Part shown: piece after piece, positions 20,416 to 30,573 of the stretch
Layout: each line of letters begins with the position of its first letter
Position numbering within the stretch: the stretch's first letter is position 1
Assembly (NCBI GenBank): GCA_964576115.1
Contig: CAZNUA010000014.1
Coordinates: 1 to 64,000, forward strand
Origin: an uncultured Gemmatimonadota bacterium
GTDB taxonomy: Bacteria > Blakebacterota > Blakebacteria > Blakebacterales > Blakebacteraceae
DNA: 64,000 bases
Direction of reading: 5' to 3'
Translations under genes and position numbers: made by a program
Notes under the pieces: generated by a model
Database searches by the model: none
The model's input: the letters and a program-made list of their open reading frames with translations, nothing else
What the model was told of the DNA's origin: nothing

Positions 20416-21980
20416 GCGGCGGCTCCCGTTCCGGTGGCTTCGAGCATCAGCGTGTGTTCGTCGAATTCGGCGGCCGGACGGGGCCGGCCGAGGCGGCCGC
20501 GCCGCATGACCGCGATCCGGTCGCAGATGCCCAGCAGTTCGGGCAGGTAGCTCGAGACCATGACGATGGCCCGGGGTGCTGTGCCGGTATCGGGGTCACC
20601 GCCGGCCAGCAGATCGATCAGCCGGTAGATGAGCGCTTTCGAACCCACATCGATCCCTCGGGTGGGTTCGTCGAGCAGGAGCACCTCGCACTCGGCGTGC
20701 AGCAGTCGCGCCAGGGCGACCTTCTGCTGGTTGCCCCCCGAGAGCGAATTCACCCGCTGACGGGACGAGGTGCAGCGGATCGGCAGGCGTTCGATCCAGG
20801 GTCGGGCGGCCCGGTCCAGACCGGAGGGCGTCACCAGTCCCCCGGGGCCCAGGCCCGCCAGGTGCGGCAGAACCAGATTGTCGGCCAGACTCAGGCCGAC
20901 CGCCAGACCCTCCCGGGCCCGGTCCTCGCTCACCATGCCGGCGCCCGAGCGCCACCTCTCGGGCGGTCCGCCCCCTACCGCGTACCCGACCCGTACGTCC
21001 CCGCGACGGACCGGATCGAGCCCGAAGACCGCCCGGAGCAGTTCGGTGCGCCCCGAACCCACCAGCCCGGCGATTCCCAGCACTTCGCCGCGGTGCAGGT
21101 CGAAGGAGACTCCACGGGGCAGAACGTCGCCTTGCAGGTCACGCACCGTCAGCAGGACCTCGCCGGGTTCGCGCCGGGAGTGCGGATAGAGTTCGGCGAT
21201 CTCGCGTCCCACCATGAGGGCGACGATCTCGTCCAGGGGAGTGCGGGCCGGCTCCCCCCGCCCCGTCACCAGTCCGTCGCGCAGAACCGTGAACCTGTCA
21301 CCGATCTCCTGTACTTCTTCGAGCACGTGCGAAATGTAGACGACCGCGATCCCCTCGGCACGTAGGCGGCGGATGAGTCCGAAGAGACGGTCGATGTCGG
21401 TCCGGGCCAGGCTCGAGGTGGGCTCGTCCAGGACCAGCACCCGGCAGCCGGTCGCCACCGCCCGGGCGATTTCGACCAGCTGCTGTTCGGCGGCCGAGAG
21501 CCTGCCGACCGGCGCCTCGAGATCCAGGTCGGGCCGTCCCACCCGTTCCAGCGCTCCGGCCCCCCGGGCGCGCATCTCGCGCCGGCGCACGAAGGGCCCC
21601 GTGACCGGTTCCCGGCCCAGAACGATGTTCTCGGCCACGGTCAGGTGCGGAGCCAGCGAGAGTTCCTGGTAGATCATCGCCACACCGGCCGCCCGACCGT
21701 CGGCGGGAGAACGGGGCTCGTAGGTCCGGCCGTCGAGCGCCATCGAGCCGGCATCGGGTTCGAGCGCTCCGGAGAGGATTTTCATCAGGGTACTTTTACC
21801 GGCCCCGTTCTCCCCGATCAGAGCGTGTACCTCGCCCGGCTCAACGCTCAGATCGACCCCGGCCAGGGCCACGGTGGCGCCGAAACGGCGGTGGATGTTC
21901 TCCATCCGGAGCCGGGCAGGTGCAGGGGAAGCGGCGGAGAGAGCGGCAGGGGTACCGACCGTGGCGGAGGGAGGCGACAC
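20412..21980 (-). CDS. Monosaccharide ABC transporter ATP-binding protein (RbsA-like, two ABC domains)
   Basis: GENGAGKST, LDEPTS, LSGGNQQK, LDEPTRGIDVG; start (GTG 21980) uncertain. Confidence 0.93.
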   Translation of the reverse strand: MSPPSATVGTPAALSAASPAPARLRMENIHRRFGATVALAGVDLSVEPGEVHALIGENGAGKSTLMKILSGALEPDAGSMALDGRTYEPRSPADGRAAGVAMIYQELSLAPHLTVAENIVLGREPVTGPFVRRREMRARGAGALERVGRPDLDLEAPVGRLSAAEQQLVEIARAVATGCRVLVLDEPTSSLARTDIDRLFGLIRRLRAEGIAVVYISHVLEEVQEIGDRFTVLRDGLVTGRGEPARTPLDEIVALMVGREIAELYPHSRREPGEVLLTVRDLQGDVLPRGVSFDLHRGEVLGIAGLVGSGRTELLRAVFGLDPVRRGDVRVGYAVGGGPPERWRSGAGMVSEDRAREGLAVGLSLADNLVLPHLAGLGPGGLVTPSGLDRAARPWIERLPIRCTSSRQRVNSLSGGNQQKVALARLLHAECEVLLLDEPTRGIDVGSKALIYRLIDLLAGGDPDTGTAPRAIVMVSSYLPELLGICDRIAVMRRGRLGRPRPAAEFDEHTLMLEATGTGAAA

Positions 21981-21981
21981 G

Positions 21982-23118
21982 TCAGCCGCCCGGTGCGATG
22001 AGAGCCCTGATGTCGGGCTCGTCCAGATTCTCGCGCGTAATGAGCGCCACCCCGGTGTCCACCACCGGCGGGACTTCCTGCCCGCGCAGGTGACGCACCA
22101 GGGTCGCGACAGCCTCATAACCCATGCGGTCGGGATTCTGGACCACCAGGGCGTCGATCTCGCCCGCTTCGAGCGCCTCGACGAGCGGCGGGGAGGCGTC
22201 GAAACCCACGAAGCGGATCTGTCCGGCCAGGCCTTCCTGCCGCAGGGCCAGCAGCATGCCGTAGGTGGAGGGTTCGTTGGAGCAGAAAATGCCGTCGGCC
22301 GAACGAACCCGATCGAACATGTTCAGGGCCTGCGTCTTGGCCTCACCGGCCGTGGGTCCGGCATAGCGGTTCTCGACCAGCACCTCGATCCCTCCCCCAC
22401 CCCGCACGGCGTCCAGAAAGCCCTCCTCGCGCGCCGTGGTGCTGGCCGAGCCGACCAGGTAACGCAGCAGCACCACCCGGCCCCGGCCGTCGAGCAGTTC
22501 GGCCAGGTGCTCGCCGCCCAGACGTCCCCCGCGGGCGTTGTCGGTAGCCACGAAACTGACGAAATCCTCGCCCGGCTCACCCTCGAGAGCGGAATCCATG
22601 ATCACCACCGGGATCCCCCGCTCGGCCGCCTGCCGGACCGGGGCCACCAGGGCGTGCAGGTCGAGCGGAGCCAGGACGATACCATCGACATTCTGGGAGA
22701 TGAACTGCTGGACGACCTGGATCTGCTGGGCCCGGTCGTTCTCCTTCAGGGGCCCCTTCCAGATGATCTCGACCACCTGTTCATCACCGGCCCGCCTGGC
22801 GCCGGCCTCGACCGACTTCCAGAAGACGTGGGTCGTGCCCTTGGGGATGACAGCCAGGGTGTAGGCGGTCTCTGAAACGGTTTGGCCGCCGGCCTCGGCA
22901 CCGCCTCCGCTTTCCCTGCCGCCGCTCCCGCTGCAGGCGGCGGCGAGCAGAATAGCCGCACCGACCAGACAGAAGCCCACTGTACGCCCGACCCGCCGGC
23001 CGTCCGGGTTCGCTGACTGACGTTTCAGGGGATATCGTTCACGCAGGGGGGTGTACTGGGCCACGGTGCACTCCACGGCCGGGATCGGGCTCACCACCCG
23101 ATGGTTGATGTCCGCCAC
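21982..23118 (-). CDS. Sugar ABC transporter substrate-binding lipoprotein (RbsB-like)
   Basis: Lipobox LAAAC; VIPKGTTHVFWKSV, VATDN, VGFD, QNPDRMGY; start uncertain. Confidence 0.9.
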   Translation of the reverse strand: MADINHRVVSPIPAVECTVAQYTPLRERYPLKRQSANPDGRRVGRTVGFCLVGAAILLAAACSGSGGRESGGGAEAGGQTVSETAYTLAVIPKGTTHVFWKSVEAGARRAGDEQVVEIIWKGPLKENDRAQQIQVVQQFISQNVDGIVLAPLDLHALVAPVRQAAERGIPVVIMDSALEGEPGEDFVSFVATDNARGGRLGGEHLAELLDGRGRVVLLRYLVGSASTTAREEGFLDAVRGGGGIEVLVENRYAGPTAGEAKTQALNMFDRVRSADGIFCSNEPSTYGMLLALRQEGLAGQIRFVGFDASPPLVEALEAGEIDALVVQNPDRMGYEAVATLVRHLRGQEVPPVVDTGVALITRENLDEPDIRALIAPGG

Positions 23119-23195
23119 CGCAACCGGTGGCTATCCTCCCTTCTTGTTATACCCGTCCGCGGGTGAGGCTCCAACCATTCCTTTTCCGTGCTCGA

Positions 23196-24812
23196 TCAGG
23201 TCGATGCGGGCGGTATTTTCAACTCCTCGATCGCCTGGCGGGCATGATCAGCCTGGGGCCCCTCCCCAACCATCGCGATGATGCGCTCGTAGCATGCGAT
23301 CGCTTCGTCCCTGTCTCCCATCGCCTGGTGAACCCGCGCCATCGAAAAGAGCGGGCCGGCGTCCCCGGGCATTCCCAGCGCCCAGAGCCGGCAGATATCC
23401 AGGGCCTGCTGGTGGCGTCCGTCAGAGAGGGCTTCCATGTACAACGGCCCCATCACCTCGGAAACGATAAGCTCGGCTTCGGGATCCACGGCCGTGACCT
23501 CGCGCCAGACCCGCTCGGCGGCATCGACCCCCTGCTCGAGCAGGATGGCGGCGAACATGTCCCCGGTGGGAGGCTGAGGTAGAGCCGGTTTCACTTCAGC
23601 CAGCACCAGCATGCCGGCCGGCGCTCCGTGCTGTGCCGGTGGAGCGGTGAGAAAGGCCCGGCTGTCCCGATCGTCTTTCAGGACGGCATCGAAGAAGTGT
23701 CGGACATGCCGGCCCAGGACTCTGGCGAAGGTCTCCAGGTATTCGACCCGGTCCGGGTCGGATTCGAGGAGGTTACGAAGCCGCACATAGCCGGGGCTGA
23801 AATCGTCGTGCGAGACACCTTCGAACTGGTACATGTACGCCTCCGAGTACCGAAGCGCGTCCCAGAAACGCAGGTCTTTGGGGCGGAAGCGGGCCGTCTG
23901 TGGCGAGACCATGAGCTGCAGACAGGCGGCCCGGACCGACGCGTGATCATACCCGGGTACGGCTTCGATCAGCTCGAGTTCCGCAGGCATCGTGATCGCT
24001 CCATCCAGGGTCACCACGGCGTCAACCCGGGCGTTGCGCTGAGCGAACAGGACGTTCGACATCCCCCCCCAGCTCATGCCGGTCGTCCCCACCCGCTCGG
24101 GATCGACATACGGCACCAGGCGCATGACAGAGAAGGCAAACTCGAGATCGCGGGCCTGGACATCGAGACTGACCGCCTCGTCGTCGATGCCGCGGGAGTA
24201 CCGGCCCATATTGGGAACGGCCGCGACCACATACCCATGACTGGCCAGGTACTCGAAGAGGGGTGTGTGATGGGTCGCCGAACCGTTGTAGCCGGGCATG
24301 TGCAGGATGAGTGGAAACCTTCCGGCGGCCGGCCGGGCATCCCTGGCCGCTGTCGTCCTGATATCGAAAAGAGAATCGAGAGCGGCCTGTACGCGCGGCC
24401 GATCCGGCGGCGCGATCCGCCACTCCACCATCAGGATCTGCTTGTGTTCCTCGACCACGGCCGCGAGCGCTTCGGGCGAAGGCGGCGCAAAGTCGATCTC
24501 GGTCGCCAGGGCCTGATAATATTCCTCGAACCGCATTCTCTGCGATCGGGCCGTCACCTCGGCCGGATACCAGATCGAGATCTGAACCGGCCGGGCGATC
24601 TCCCCCTCGACCCGCTGGCCGAAGTAGTCGAATTTCTCGCGGAAGGTACGGCTGTAATCGTATTCGTGTCGGACCGTGTACCCCACGGCGTAGGGCCCCG
24701 GTTCCAGACCGGGCCAGATTTGTTCCTGAGTCGACTGGGCCGATATTCCGGTCCGGAATGTGCATGTGAGAATCAGGGCGGCGATGACCACCTGCGAGCG
24801 CGAGTGCGACAT
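23196..24812 (-). CDS. Secreted alpha/beta hydrolase with C-terminal TPR
   Basis: Signal peptide; GPYAVG, IWYPA, LASHGYVV, nucleophile elbow GMSWGG; TPR-like tail. Confidence 0.8.
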   Translation of the reverse strand: MSHSRSQVVIAALILTCTFRTGISAQSTQEQIWPGLEPGPYAVGYTVRHEYDYSRTFREKFDYFGQRVEGEIARPVQISIWYPAEVTARSQRMRFEEYYQALATEIDFAPPSPEALAAVVEEHKQILMVEWRIAPPDRPRVQAALDSLFDIRTTAARDARPAAGRFPLILHMPGYNGSATHHTPLFEYLASHGYVVAAVPNMGRYSRGIDDEAVSLDVQARDLEFAFSVMRLVPYVDPERVGTTGMSWGGMSNVLFAQRNARVDAVVTLDGAITMPAELELIEAVPGYDHASVRAACLQLMVSPQTARFRPKDLRFWDALRYSEAYMYQFEGVSHDDFSPGYVRLRNLLESDPDRVEYLETFARVLGRHVRHFFDAVLKDDRDSRAFLTAPPAQHGAPAGMLVLAEVKPALPQPPTGDMFAAILLEQGVDAAERVWREVTAVDPEAELIVSEVMGPLYMEALSDGRHQQALDICRLWALGMPGDAGPLFSMARVHQAMGDRDEAIACYERIIAMVGEGPQADHARQAIEELKIPPAST

Positions 24813-24892
24813 GTCGGATACCCTTTCACACTGATGGTGACGGTCTTTCCTCAAATATTTATCTAAGTTACTTAGTATACAGACGTTCCCTT

Positions 24893-25018
24893 CCGGAGGT
24901 TTCATGATCTTCACCGGAGATTTCACGATCTCCGCTTTTCGAAGCACCGCGGGCACTCTCCTGCAGGTAGCGGGTTGACGGTCTCTTCCTTGACGAAAAC
25001 CACAAATTCGGTCAAAAT
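24893..25018. promoter_or_regulatory. Divergent promoter region with 18-bp direct repeat and TTGAC-N16-GTCAA inverted repeat
   Basis: CCGGAGGTTTCATGATCT (24893) and CCGGAGATTTCACGATCT (24914), 21-bp period; TTGACG at 24990 is -35-like, with CAAAAT 17 bp later. Confidence 0.45.
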
Positions 25019-25069
25019 ACAACACTATCAGACATCGGGATTCGTGCCGACCATGAGGAAAGGTCTCGT

Positions 25070-26464
25070 GTGACGCCGGACGGAAAGCTACAGAAAGAAC
25101 GGGCCGCGATCCCCTCGCAGGCAGAGCTCGAGCGCGAGCTGAACAGTTTCGATCCCGACGTGCGCGCCGGGGCCCTGGAACGGCTCCTGACCCTGGCCGA
25201 GGCCGGCGGGATCGCGTGCCGGCCCTGGACCGAACGCTCTAATCTGCACGCCCATTCCTTTCACTCCTACAACGCCCGGGGATTCTCCCCCTCTGCCCTG
25301 GCCTGGGTCGCCCGGCGGGAGGGGATCGGACTGATGGGGATCGTCGACTTCGACACCCTCGCCGGGACCGAAGAGTTCCTGACGGCCTGCGACCGGGCCG
25401 GGGTGCACGGCACGGCCGGAATCGAAACCCGGGTCTGGCTGCCCGCCCTGGCCGGGAAGGTCGTCAACTCCCCCGGCGAACCGGGAGTGGCCTACATGAT
25501 GGGGATCGGTTTCACCCGTACCCCCCCGCCCCCGCCCGCCCGGGAGGTGCTCGATGAGCTGGGCCGCGGCGCCCGGGCCCGTAACTCGGCCCTGATCGAC
25601 CGGATCAACGCCCGCCTGCCCGAGGTGGCGATCGACCGGGCCCGGGACGTCGAACCCCTCTCTCCCTCGGGCACGCCGACCGAGCGCCACATCGTGCGGG
25701 CCTATGCCGAGCGGGCCGCCGGGGCGAGCGAGGAACCGGCCGCTTTCTGGGCCCGCGCTTTCGACGAACCGGCCGACCGGGTTCCCGATACCGCCGAGCC
25801 CGCCTCGCCCGAATTCGGGAACTGGCTGCGCGCCCGGCTCATCAAGCGCGGGGGCATCGGGTACCTGCCGCCCGGACCCGACACCTTCCCTCCCGCGGAG
25901 ACCTTCATTCGCTTCATCGAAGAGTGTTCGGCCCTGCCCTGTGCGGCCTGGCTCGACGGCACCTCCGCGGGCGAGCGCGATCCCGAGGCTCTGCTCGACC
26001 TCTACCTCGACCTGGGCATCCTGGTCATCAATATCATCCCCGACCGCAACTGGAACCTGACCGACAAGCAGGGCCGGGCCGAGAAAATCTATCACCTGCA
26101 CGCTCTCGTCGCCGCGGCCCGCTGGCGCGGCCTGCCGGTCATCGCCGGCACCGAGATGAACGCTCCGGGGCAGAAGCTGGTCGACGATTTCGTCGCCCCC
26201 GCCCTGGCTCCCCTGCGCCGGACCTTGACCGACGGGGCCTGGTTCGTGCGGGGCCACACGATCATGCAGGAGGAGACCGGGCTCGGCTGGTGGAGCGGCT
26301 GGGCGGGCCACCACCTGCCCGAGCGGACCGACCGGGTCGCTTTCTATACCCGCCTGGCGCGCGCCCTGCCCCCCGGGGAACTGGGCCTCGAAGTGGTCGC
26401 CGGACTCAACGCCGACCTCGAGCCGGCTGCCATGCTCGCCCGAATAGGGCGGAGGGAGATCTGA
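25070..26464 (+). CDS. PHP-domain-like metal-binding protein
   Basis: NLHAHSFHS (HxH), GIVDFD, AGIE motifs resembling the PHP fold; first gene of the rightward catabolic operon. Confidence 0.65.
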   Translation: MTPDGKLQKERAAIPSQAELERELNSFDPDVRAGALERLLTLAEAGGIACRPWTERSNLHAHSFHSYNARGFSPSALAWVARREGIGLMGIVDFDTLAGTEEFLTACDRAGVHGTAGIETRVWLPALAGKVVNSPGEPGVAYMMGIGFTRTPPPPPAREVLDELGRGARARNSALIDRINARLPEVAIDRARDVEPLSPSGTPTERHIVRAYAERAAGASEEPAAFWARAFDEPADRVPDTAEPASPEFGNWLRARLIKRGGIGYLPPGPDTFPPAETFIRFIEECSALPCAAWLDGTSAGERDPEALLDLYLDLGILVINIIPDRNWNLTDKQGRAEKIYHLHALVAAARWRGLPVIAGTEMNAPGQKLVDDFVAPALAPLRRTLTDGAWFVRGHTIMQEETGLGWWSGWAGHHLPERTDRVAFYTRLARALPPGELGLEVVAGLNADLEPAAMLARIGRREI

Positions 26465-28204
26465 GTGACCGACGCCTCCTTGAAGAACTGGATCGCTGGC
26501 CGTGCCCCTCTGCCCCCCGACTCGCACTGCTGGCCGCTCTACGGCGCCGGGTTCGAGAACCTGGGCCGGGAGGGGCATCCGCTCGTCCGCCCCCGGCCCG
26601 AGCCCGGTCCGGAGCAGCTGCTGGTCCGGCACGATGCCTGCGGGCTCTGTTTTTCGGACATCAAGGTCATCCGGGCCGGTCCCGACCACCCCCGGATCTA
26701 CCGCGACATGCAGAGTGACCCGGTCGTGCTCGGCCACGAGGTCAGCCTGACGGTAGTGGGGGTCGGCCCGGGGCTGGAGGAGCGCTACCGGATCGGCGAC
26801 CGCTTCACCCTGCAGGCCGACATCTTCGTGCACGGGGTCGGCTACGCCTACGGCTACGAACTGCAGGGCGGTCTCTCGCAATACGCGATTCTCGACGACC
26901 GCGTTCTCAACGGCGACGACGGCTGTTACCTGCTGCCGCTGCAGGCCGAAACGGGCTACGCCCAGGCCGCGCTCATCGAACCGTGGGCCTGCGTCATCGC
27001 CGCCTACGGTCTGCGTTACAGGACCGGGCTGAAGGCGGGCGGCACGACCTGGATCCATGGCACCGACCGGGCCCGTGGGAGCGGGTACGAGATCTCGCGC
27101 GGTTTCGACCGCGCCTCGGCCCCGGCCCGGCTCCTGCTCACCGACGTTCCGGCCGGCTTCACCGAGAGTCTGCGAACCCGCGCCGCCGAACTCGGAATCG
27201 AAGTCGTTACGACCGACGAAGAACCGGTCGTGGCCCACGAGAGCGTGGACGATCTTGTCCTGCTCGGTGCCGATGAAGATCTGATCGAAGCTCTCAGTCC
27301 CGCCCTGGCCCACGGCGGTATCATGGCCGTCGTCGACTCCGAGCCCCTGCTGCGGCCGGTCGACCTCGATATCGGACGCATTCACTATAACCGCTGGCTC
27401 TTCATCGGCGGACCCGGGCCCGACCTGGCCGAGGTCTACGCCGGTCGTCCGGTGCGCTCGGAGCTGCAGCCCGGCGGCCGGGCCCTCTTCGTCGGAGCCG
27501 GAGGGCCGATGGGACGCATGCACGTGCAGCGGGCCCTCTCTCTGCCCGGGGGACCGGCGGTGGTGGTCGCCACCGATGTGAGCGGGGCCCGTCTGGCCGA
27601 GCTGGAACGCTCCTTTACCGCCGAAGCGACAAAACGCGGGGTGACCCTGCTCTGCCTCGATCCGACCGACCGGGCGGAGTATGAGGCCGGTCTGGAACGG
27701 GCCCTGCAGGTGTCCGGTCCGGGAACCTCGGGTTTCGACGACATCATCGTACTGGCCCCGATCCCCGGCCTGATCGAAGAAGCGTCCTTCCTGCTCGCTC
27801 CCGGCGGGGTAATGAACGTCTTTGCCGGTCTGGCCCGGGGGACGACCGCCGCCATCGATCTGAGCGAGGCCTGGCTGCGGGGCACCCGTATCATCGGCCA
27901 TTCGGCCTCGACCATCGCCGACATGCGCCTGATGCTCGAGCGCACCGAAGCCGGCGAGCTGGCGCCGGAAAGAGCGGTGGCGGCCGTGGGCAGCCTCGAG
28001 GCGGCCCGCGACGGCCTCGAAGCGGTCCGCGACGCCCGCTTTGCGGGCAAAATCGTCATCTACCCCCACATCCGGCCCTTCCCCCTGACCCCCCTGAGCG
28101 AGCTGGCCGACAGCCTGCCCGAGGTCCACGCCCTGCTGCGCGAGGGACGGGAATGGACGGCGGCGGCCGAACGGGAATTCCTGAAACGGATGCTGCCCGG
28201 ATGA
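26465..28204 (+). CDS. Zn-dependent MDR oxidoreductase, L-sorbose-1-phosphate reductase (SorE)-like, extended
   Basis: CGLCFSD, LGHE, GGLSQY, EPWACVI, GAGGPMG; longer than a typical MDR, with an apparent extra Rossmann-like segment. Confidence 0.75.
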   Translation: MTDASLKNWIAGRAPLPPDSHCWPLYGAGFENLGREGHPLVRPRPEPGPEQLLVRHDACGLCFSDIKVIRAGPDHPRIYRDMQSDPVVLGHEVSLTVVGVGPGLEERYRIGDRFTLQADIFVHGVGYAYGYELQGGLSQYAILDDRVLNGDDGCYLLPLQAETGYAQAALIEPWACVIAAYGLRYRTGLKAGGTTWIHGTDRARGSGYEISRGFDRASAPARLLLTDVPAGFTESLRTRAAELGIEVVTTDEEPVVAHESVDDLVLLGADEDLIEALSPALAHGGIMAVVDSEPLLRPVDLDIGRIHYNRWLFIGGPGPDLAEVYAGRPVRSELQPGGRALFVGAGGPMGRMHVQRALSLPGGPAVVVATDVSGARLAELERSFTAEATKRGVTLLCLDPTDRAEYEAGLERALQVSGPGTSGFDDIIVLAPIPGLIEEASFLLAPGGVMNVFAGLARGTTAAIDLSEAWLRGTRIIGHSASTIADMRLMLERTEAGELAPERAVAAVGSLEAARDGLEAVRDARFAGKIVIYPHIRPFPLTPLSELADSLPEVHALLREGREWTAAAEREFLKRMLPG

Positions 28205-28243
28205 CCGGCACGATCTGTACCGGACCGCGCTGAAGGAGAAGGC

Positions 28244-29068
28244 ATGAACGACACCGACATGTCGCCGCCAGAGACTGGCGGATCAGAGCCCGCCGGGCGG
28301 GTTGCGCTCGTCACCGGCGCCGCCCAGGGGCTCGGCGAGGCGATCGCCCGGCACCTGGCCGGTGAGGGATGGGCCGTGGCTGCTGCCGATCTGAATGCCG
28401 CGGGGGCCGAACGGGTCGCCGCCGGGATCAGAGACGCAACCGGCCTGCCGGCGAGTGGAATCGAAGTGGACGTGACCGACGAAACCGGAGTCGAGGCTAT
28501 GATCCAACGCACCGTGACCGAACTCGGCGCCCTCGACCTGCTGGTTTCGAACGCCGGCATCCTCATCGCCGGTCCGGTCGAGGAATTCGCAGCCGACGAG
28601 TGGCGGGCGGTCATGGAGGTCAACCTCTTCGGGTATTTTCTCTGCGCCCGGGCCGCGGCGCGGGTCATGATCGAACGGGGGGGCGGGGTGATCGTCCAGG
28701 TCAACTCCAAGTCGGGCAAGAAGGGCAGTTATCGCAACTCGGCCTATGCCGCCTCGAAGTTCGGCGGTATCGGGCTGACCCAGAGCCTGGCCCTGGAACT
28801 GGCCGAGTACGGTATCCGGGTCAATGCCGTCTGCCCCGGCAACCTGCTCGATTCCCCCCTCTGGACCGACTCGCTCTACGCCCAGTACGCCGAACGCTGG
28901 GGCATCAGCGAAGCAGAAGTCAGGGAACGCTACATCGAGCAGGTGCCGCTCAAAAGGGGCTGTACCTACGAGGATGTCTGCCGGGTGATTTCCTTCCTGG
29001 CCTCGGACGCAGCCGCCTACATGACCGGACAGGCCGTCAACGTCACCGGCGGACAGGAGATGCGCTGA
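28244..29068 (+). CDS. srlD: Sorbitol-6-phosphate 2-dehydrogenase-like SDR
   Basis: TGAAQGLG, NAG, NSKSGKKGS..NSAYAASKFGGIGLTQSLALELA, GNLLDSP, NVTGGQ: SrlD-subfamily signature. Confidence 0.82.
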   Translation: MNDTDMSPPETGGSEPAGRVALVTGAAQGLGEAIARHLAGEGWAVAAADLNAAGAERVAAGIRDATGLPASGIEVDVTDETGVEAMIQRTVTELGALDLLVSNAGILIAGPVEEFAADEWRAVMEVNLFGYFLCARAAARVMIERGGGVIVQVNSKSGKKGSYRNSAYAASKFGGIGLTQSLALELAEYGIRVNAVCPGNLLDSPLWTDSLYAQYAERWGISEAEVRERYIEQVPLKRGCTYEDVCRVISFLASDAAAYMTGQAVNVTGGQEMR

Positions 29069-30573
29069 TGAGGGACAACGCGACGACCTACCTCGCCTGC
29101 GATCTGGGGGCCGAGAGCGGACGGGTGGTGGCCGGCACCATCGCCGGGGGCCGGCTCGAGCTGACCGAAATGCACCGTTTCGCCAACGGCCCGATCGAGC
29201 AGGATGGGAGCCTGCGCTGGCACGTCGAAGAGATCTGGCGCCAGATCCAGACCGGCCTGCGCTCGGCGGCCGAACGCTTCGGTGACCGTCTGGCCGGGAT
29301 CGGCGTGGATACCTGGGGAGTGGATTTCGGTCTGCTCGACGGCGACAATCGTCTGATCGAGAATCCCTGGCACTACCGCGACGCCCGCACCAACGGCATG
29401 ATGGACGAGGCCTTCAGTATCGTCGAGCGGGCCGATATCTTCGCCCGCACCGGCATCCAGTTCATGCAGCTCAATACCCTCTACCAGCTGCTGGCCATGG
29501 TCTGCGCCGATTCCGGGGCCCTGGCCCGGGCCGAACGCCTGCTCTTCATGCCCGACCTGTTCGCCTTCATGCTCTCGGGCCGGGCCGCGAACGAGTTTAC
29601 CATCGCCACGACCAGCCAGTGCTACGACCCGCGGGCCGGGAGCTGGGCTGCCGGACTGCTCGAAGAGCTGGAGATCCCGACTCATATCTTCGGGCGCATC
29701 GTGGAGCCGGGGACCGACCTGGGCGATCTGCTCCCCGAGGTGGCCGCGGCGACCGGCTGCGGCCCGGTACCGGTGATCGCTCCGGGATCCCACGATACCG
29801 CTTCGGCCGTGGCCGCGGTTCCCTTCGCCTCGGGGGAGGCGATCTACCTCAGCTCGGGCACCTGGTCGCTGATGGGGGTCGAGGTCGCCGAACCGGTCAT
29901 CACCGAACGCAGCCTCGACTACAACCTGACCAACGAGGGGGGTGTCGGAAACCGCTTCCGCCTGCTGAAGAACATCATGGGCCTCTGGCTGGTGCAGGAG
30001 TGCCGGCGGGAATGGGAACGGGAAGGCCGACCGTACACCTACGGCGAACTCACCGACCTGGCGGCTGCGGCCCCGGCCTTCGGTTCCCTCGTCGACCCCG
30101 GCGACGAGCGCTTTCTGCACCCCGGCGACATGCCCGCCCGGATGCGGGCCTTCTGCCGCGAAACGGGTCAGCCCGAACCGGCCGACGAGGGAGCGCTGGT
30201 GCGCTGCGCGCTCGAAAGCCTGGCCTGCGAGTACCGCCGGGTGGCCGGGATCCTGGACGAGCTGACCGGCCGGCGGGCCGACACCATCCACATCATCGGC
30301 GGCGGCTGCCGCAACCGCCTGCTCAACCGGCTCACGGCCGACGCCACCGGACGGCGGGTGCTGGCCGGACCGGTCGAAGCCACCGCCATGGGCAACATCC
30401 TGGTCCAGGCCATGGCCCGCGGCGAGCTGGCCTCGCTGGCCGAGGGGCGCGCGCTCGTCGCCGCCTCGGTCGAACCCGACGCGTACGAGCCGGAGTCCGA
30501 TCCCGCCTGGGACGAAGCCTGCGAACGTTATCTCGAGATCTGCAACCACACCGACTCAGGAGCCGGCGCATGA
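29068..30573 (+). CDS. Rhamnulokinase/fuculokinase-family (FGGY) sugar kinase
   Basis: DLGAESGR, DTWGVDF, YRDART, HDTASAV, SSGTWSL, NEGG, KNIMGLW, GPVEATA; ATG overlaps the srlD stop. Confidence 0.9.
   Translation: MRDNATTYLACDLGAESGRVVAGTIAGGRLELTEMHRFANGPIEQDGSLRWHVEEIWRQIQTGLRSAAERFGDRLAGIGVDTWGVDFGLLDGDNRLIENPWHYRDARTNGMMDEAFSIVERADIFARTGIQFMQLNTLYQLLAMVCADSGALARAERLLFMPDLFAFMLSGRAANEFTIATTSQCYDPRAGSWAAGLLEELEIPTHIFGRIVEPGTDLGDLLPEVAAATGCGPVPVIAPGSHDTASAVAAVPFASGEAIYLSSGTWSLMGVEVAEPVITERSLDYNLTNEGGVGNRFRLLKNIMGLWLVQECRREWEREGRPYTYGELTDLAAAAPAFGSLVDPGDERFLHPGDMPARMRAFCRETGQPEPADEGALVRCALESLACEYRRVAGILDELTGRRADTIHIIGGGCRNRLLNRLTADATGRRVLAGPVEATAMGNILVQAMARGELASLAEGRALVAASVEPDAYEPESDPAWDEACERYLEICNHTDSGAGA

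Noticed and set aside
25088-28129. 1013-aa minus-strand ORF (and similar long antisense ORFs such as 3157-5058, 17644-19215, 39468-41111)
   Set aside because: Antisense shadows of well-supported genes in high-GC DNA; no motifs.
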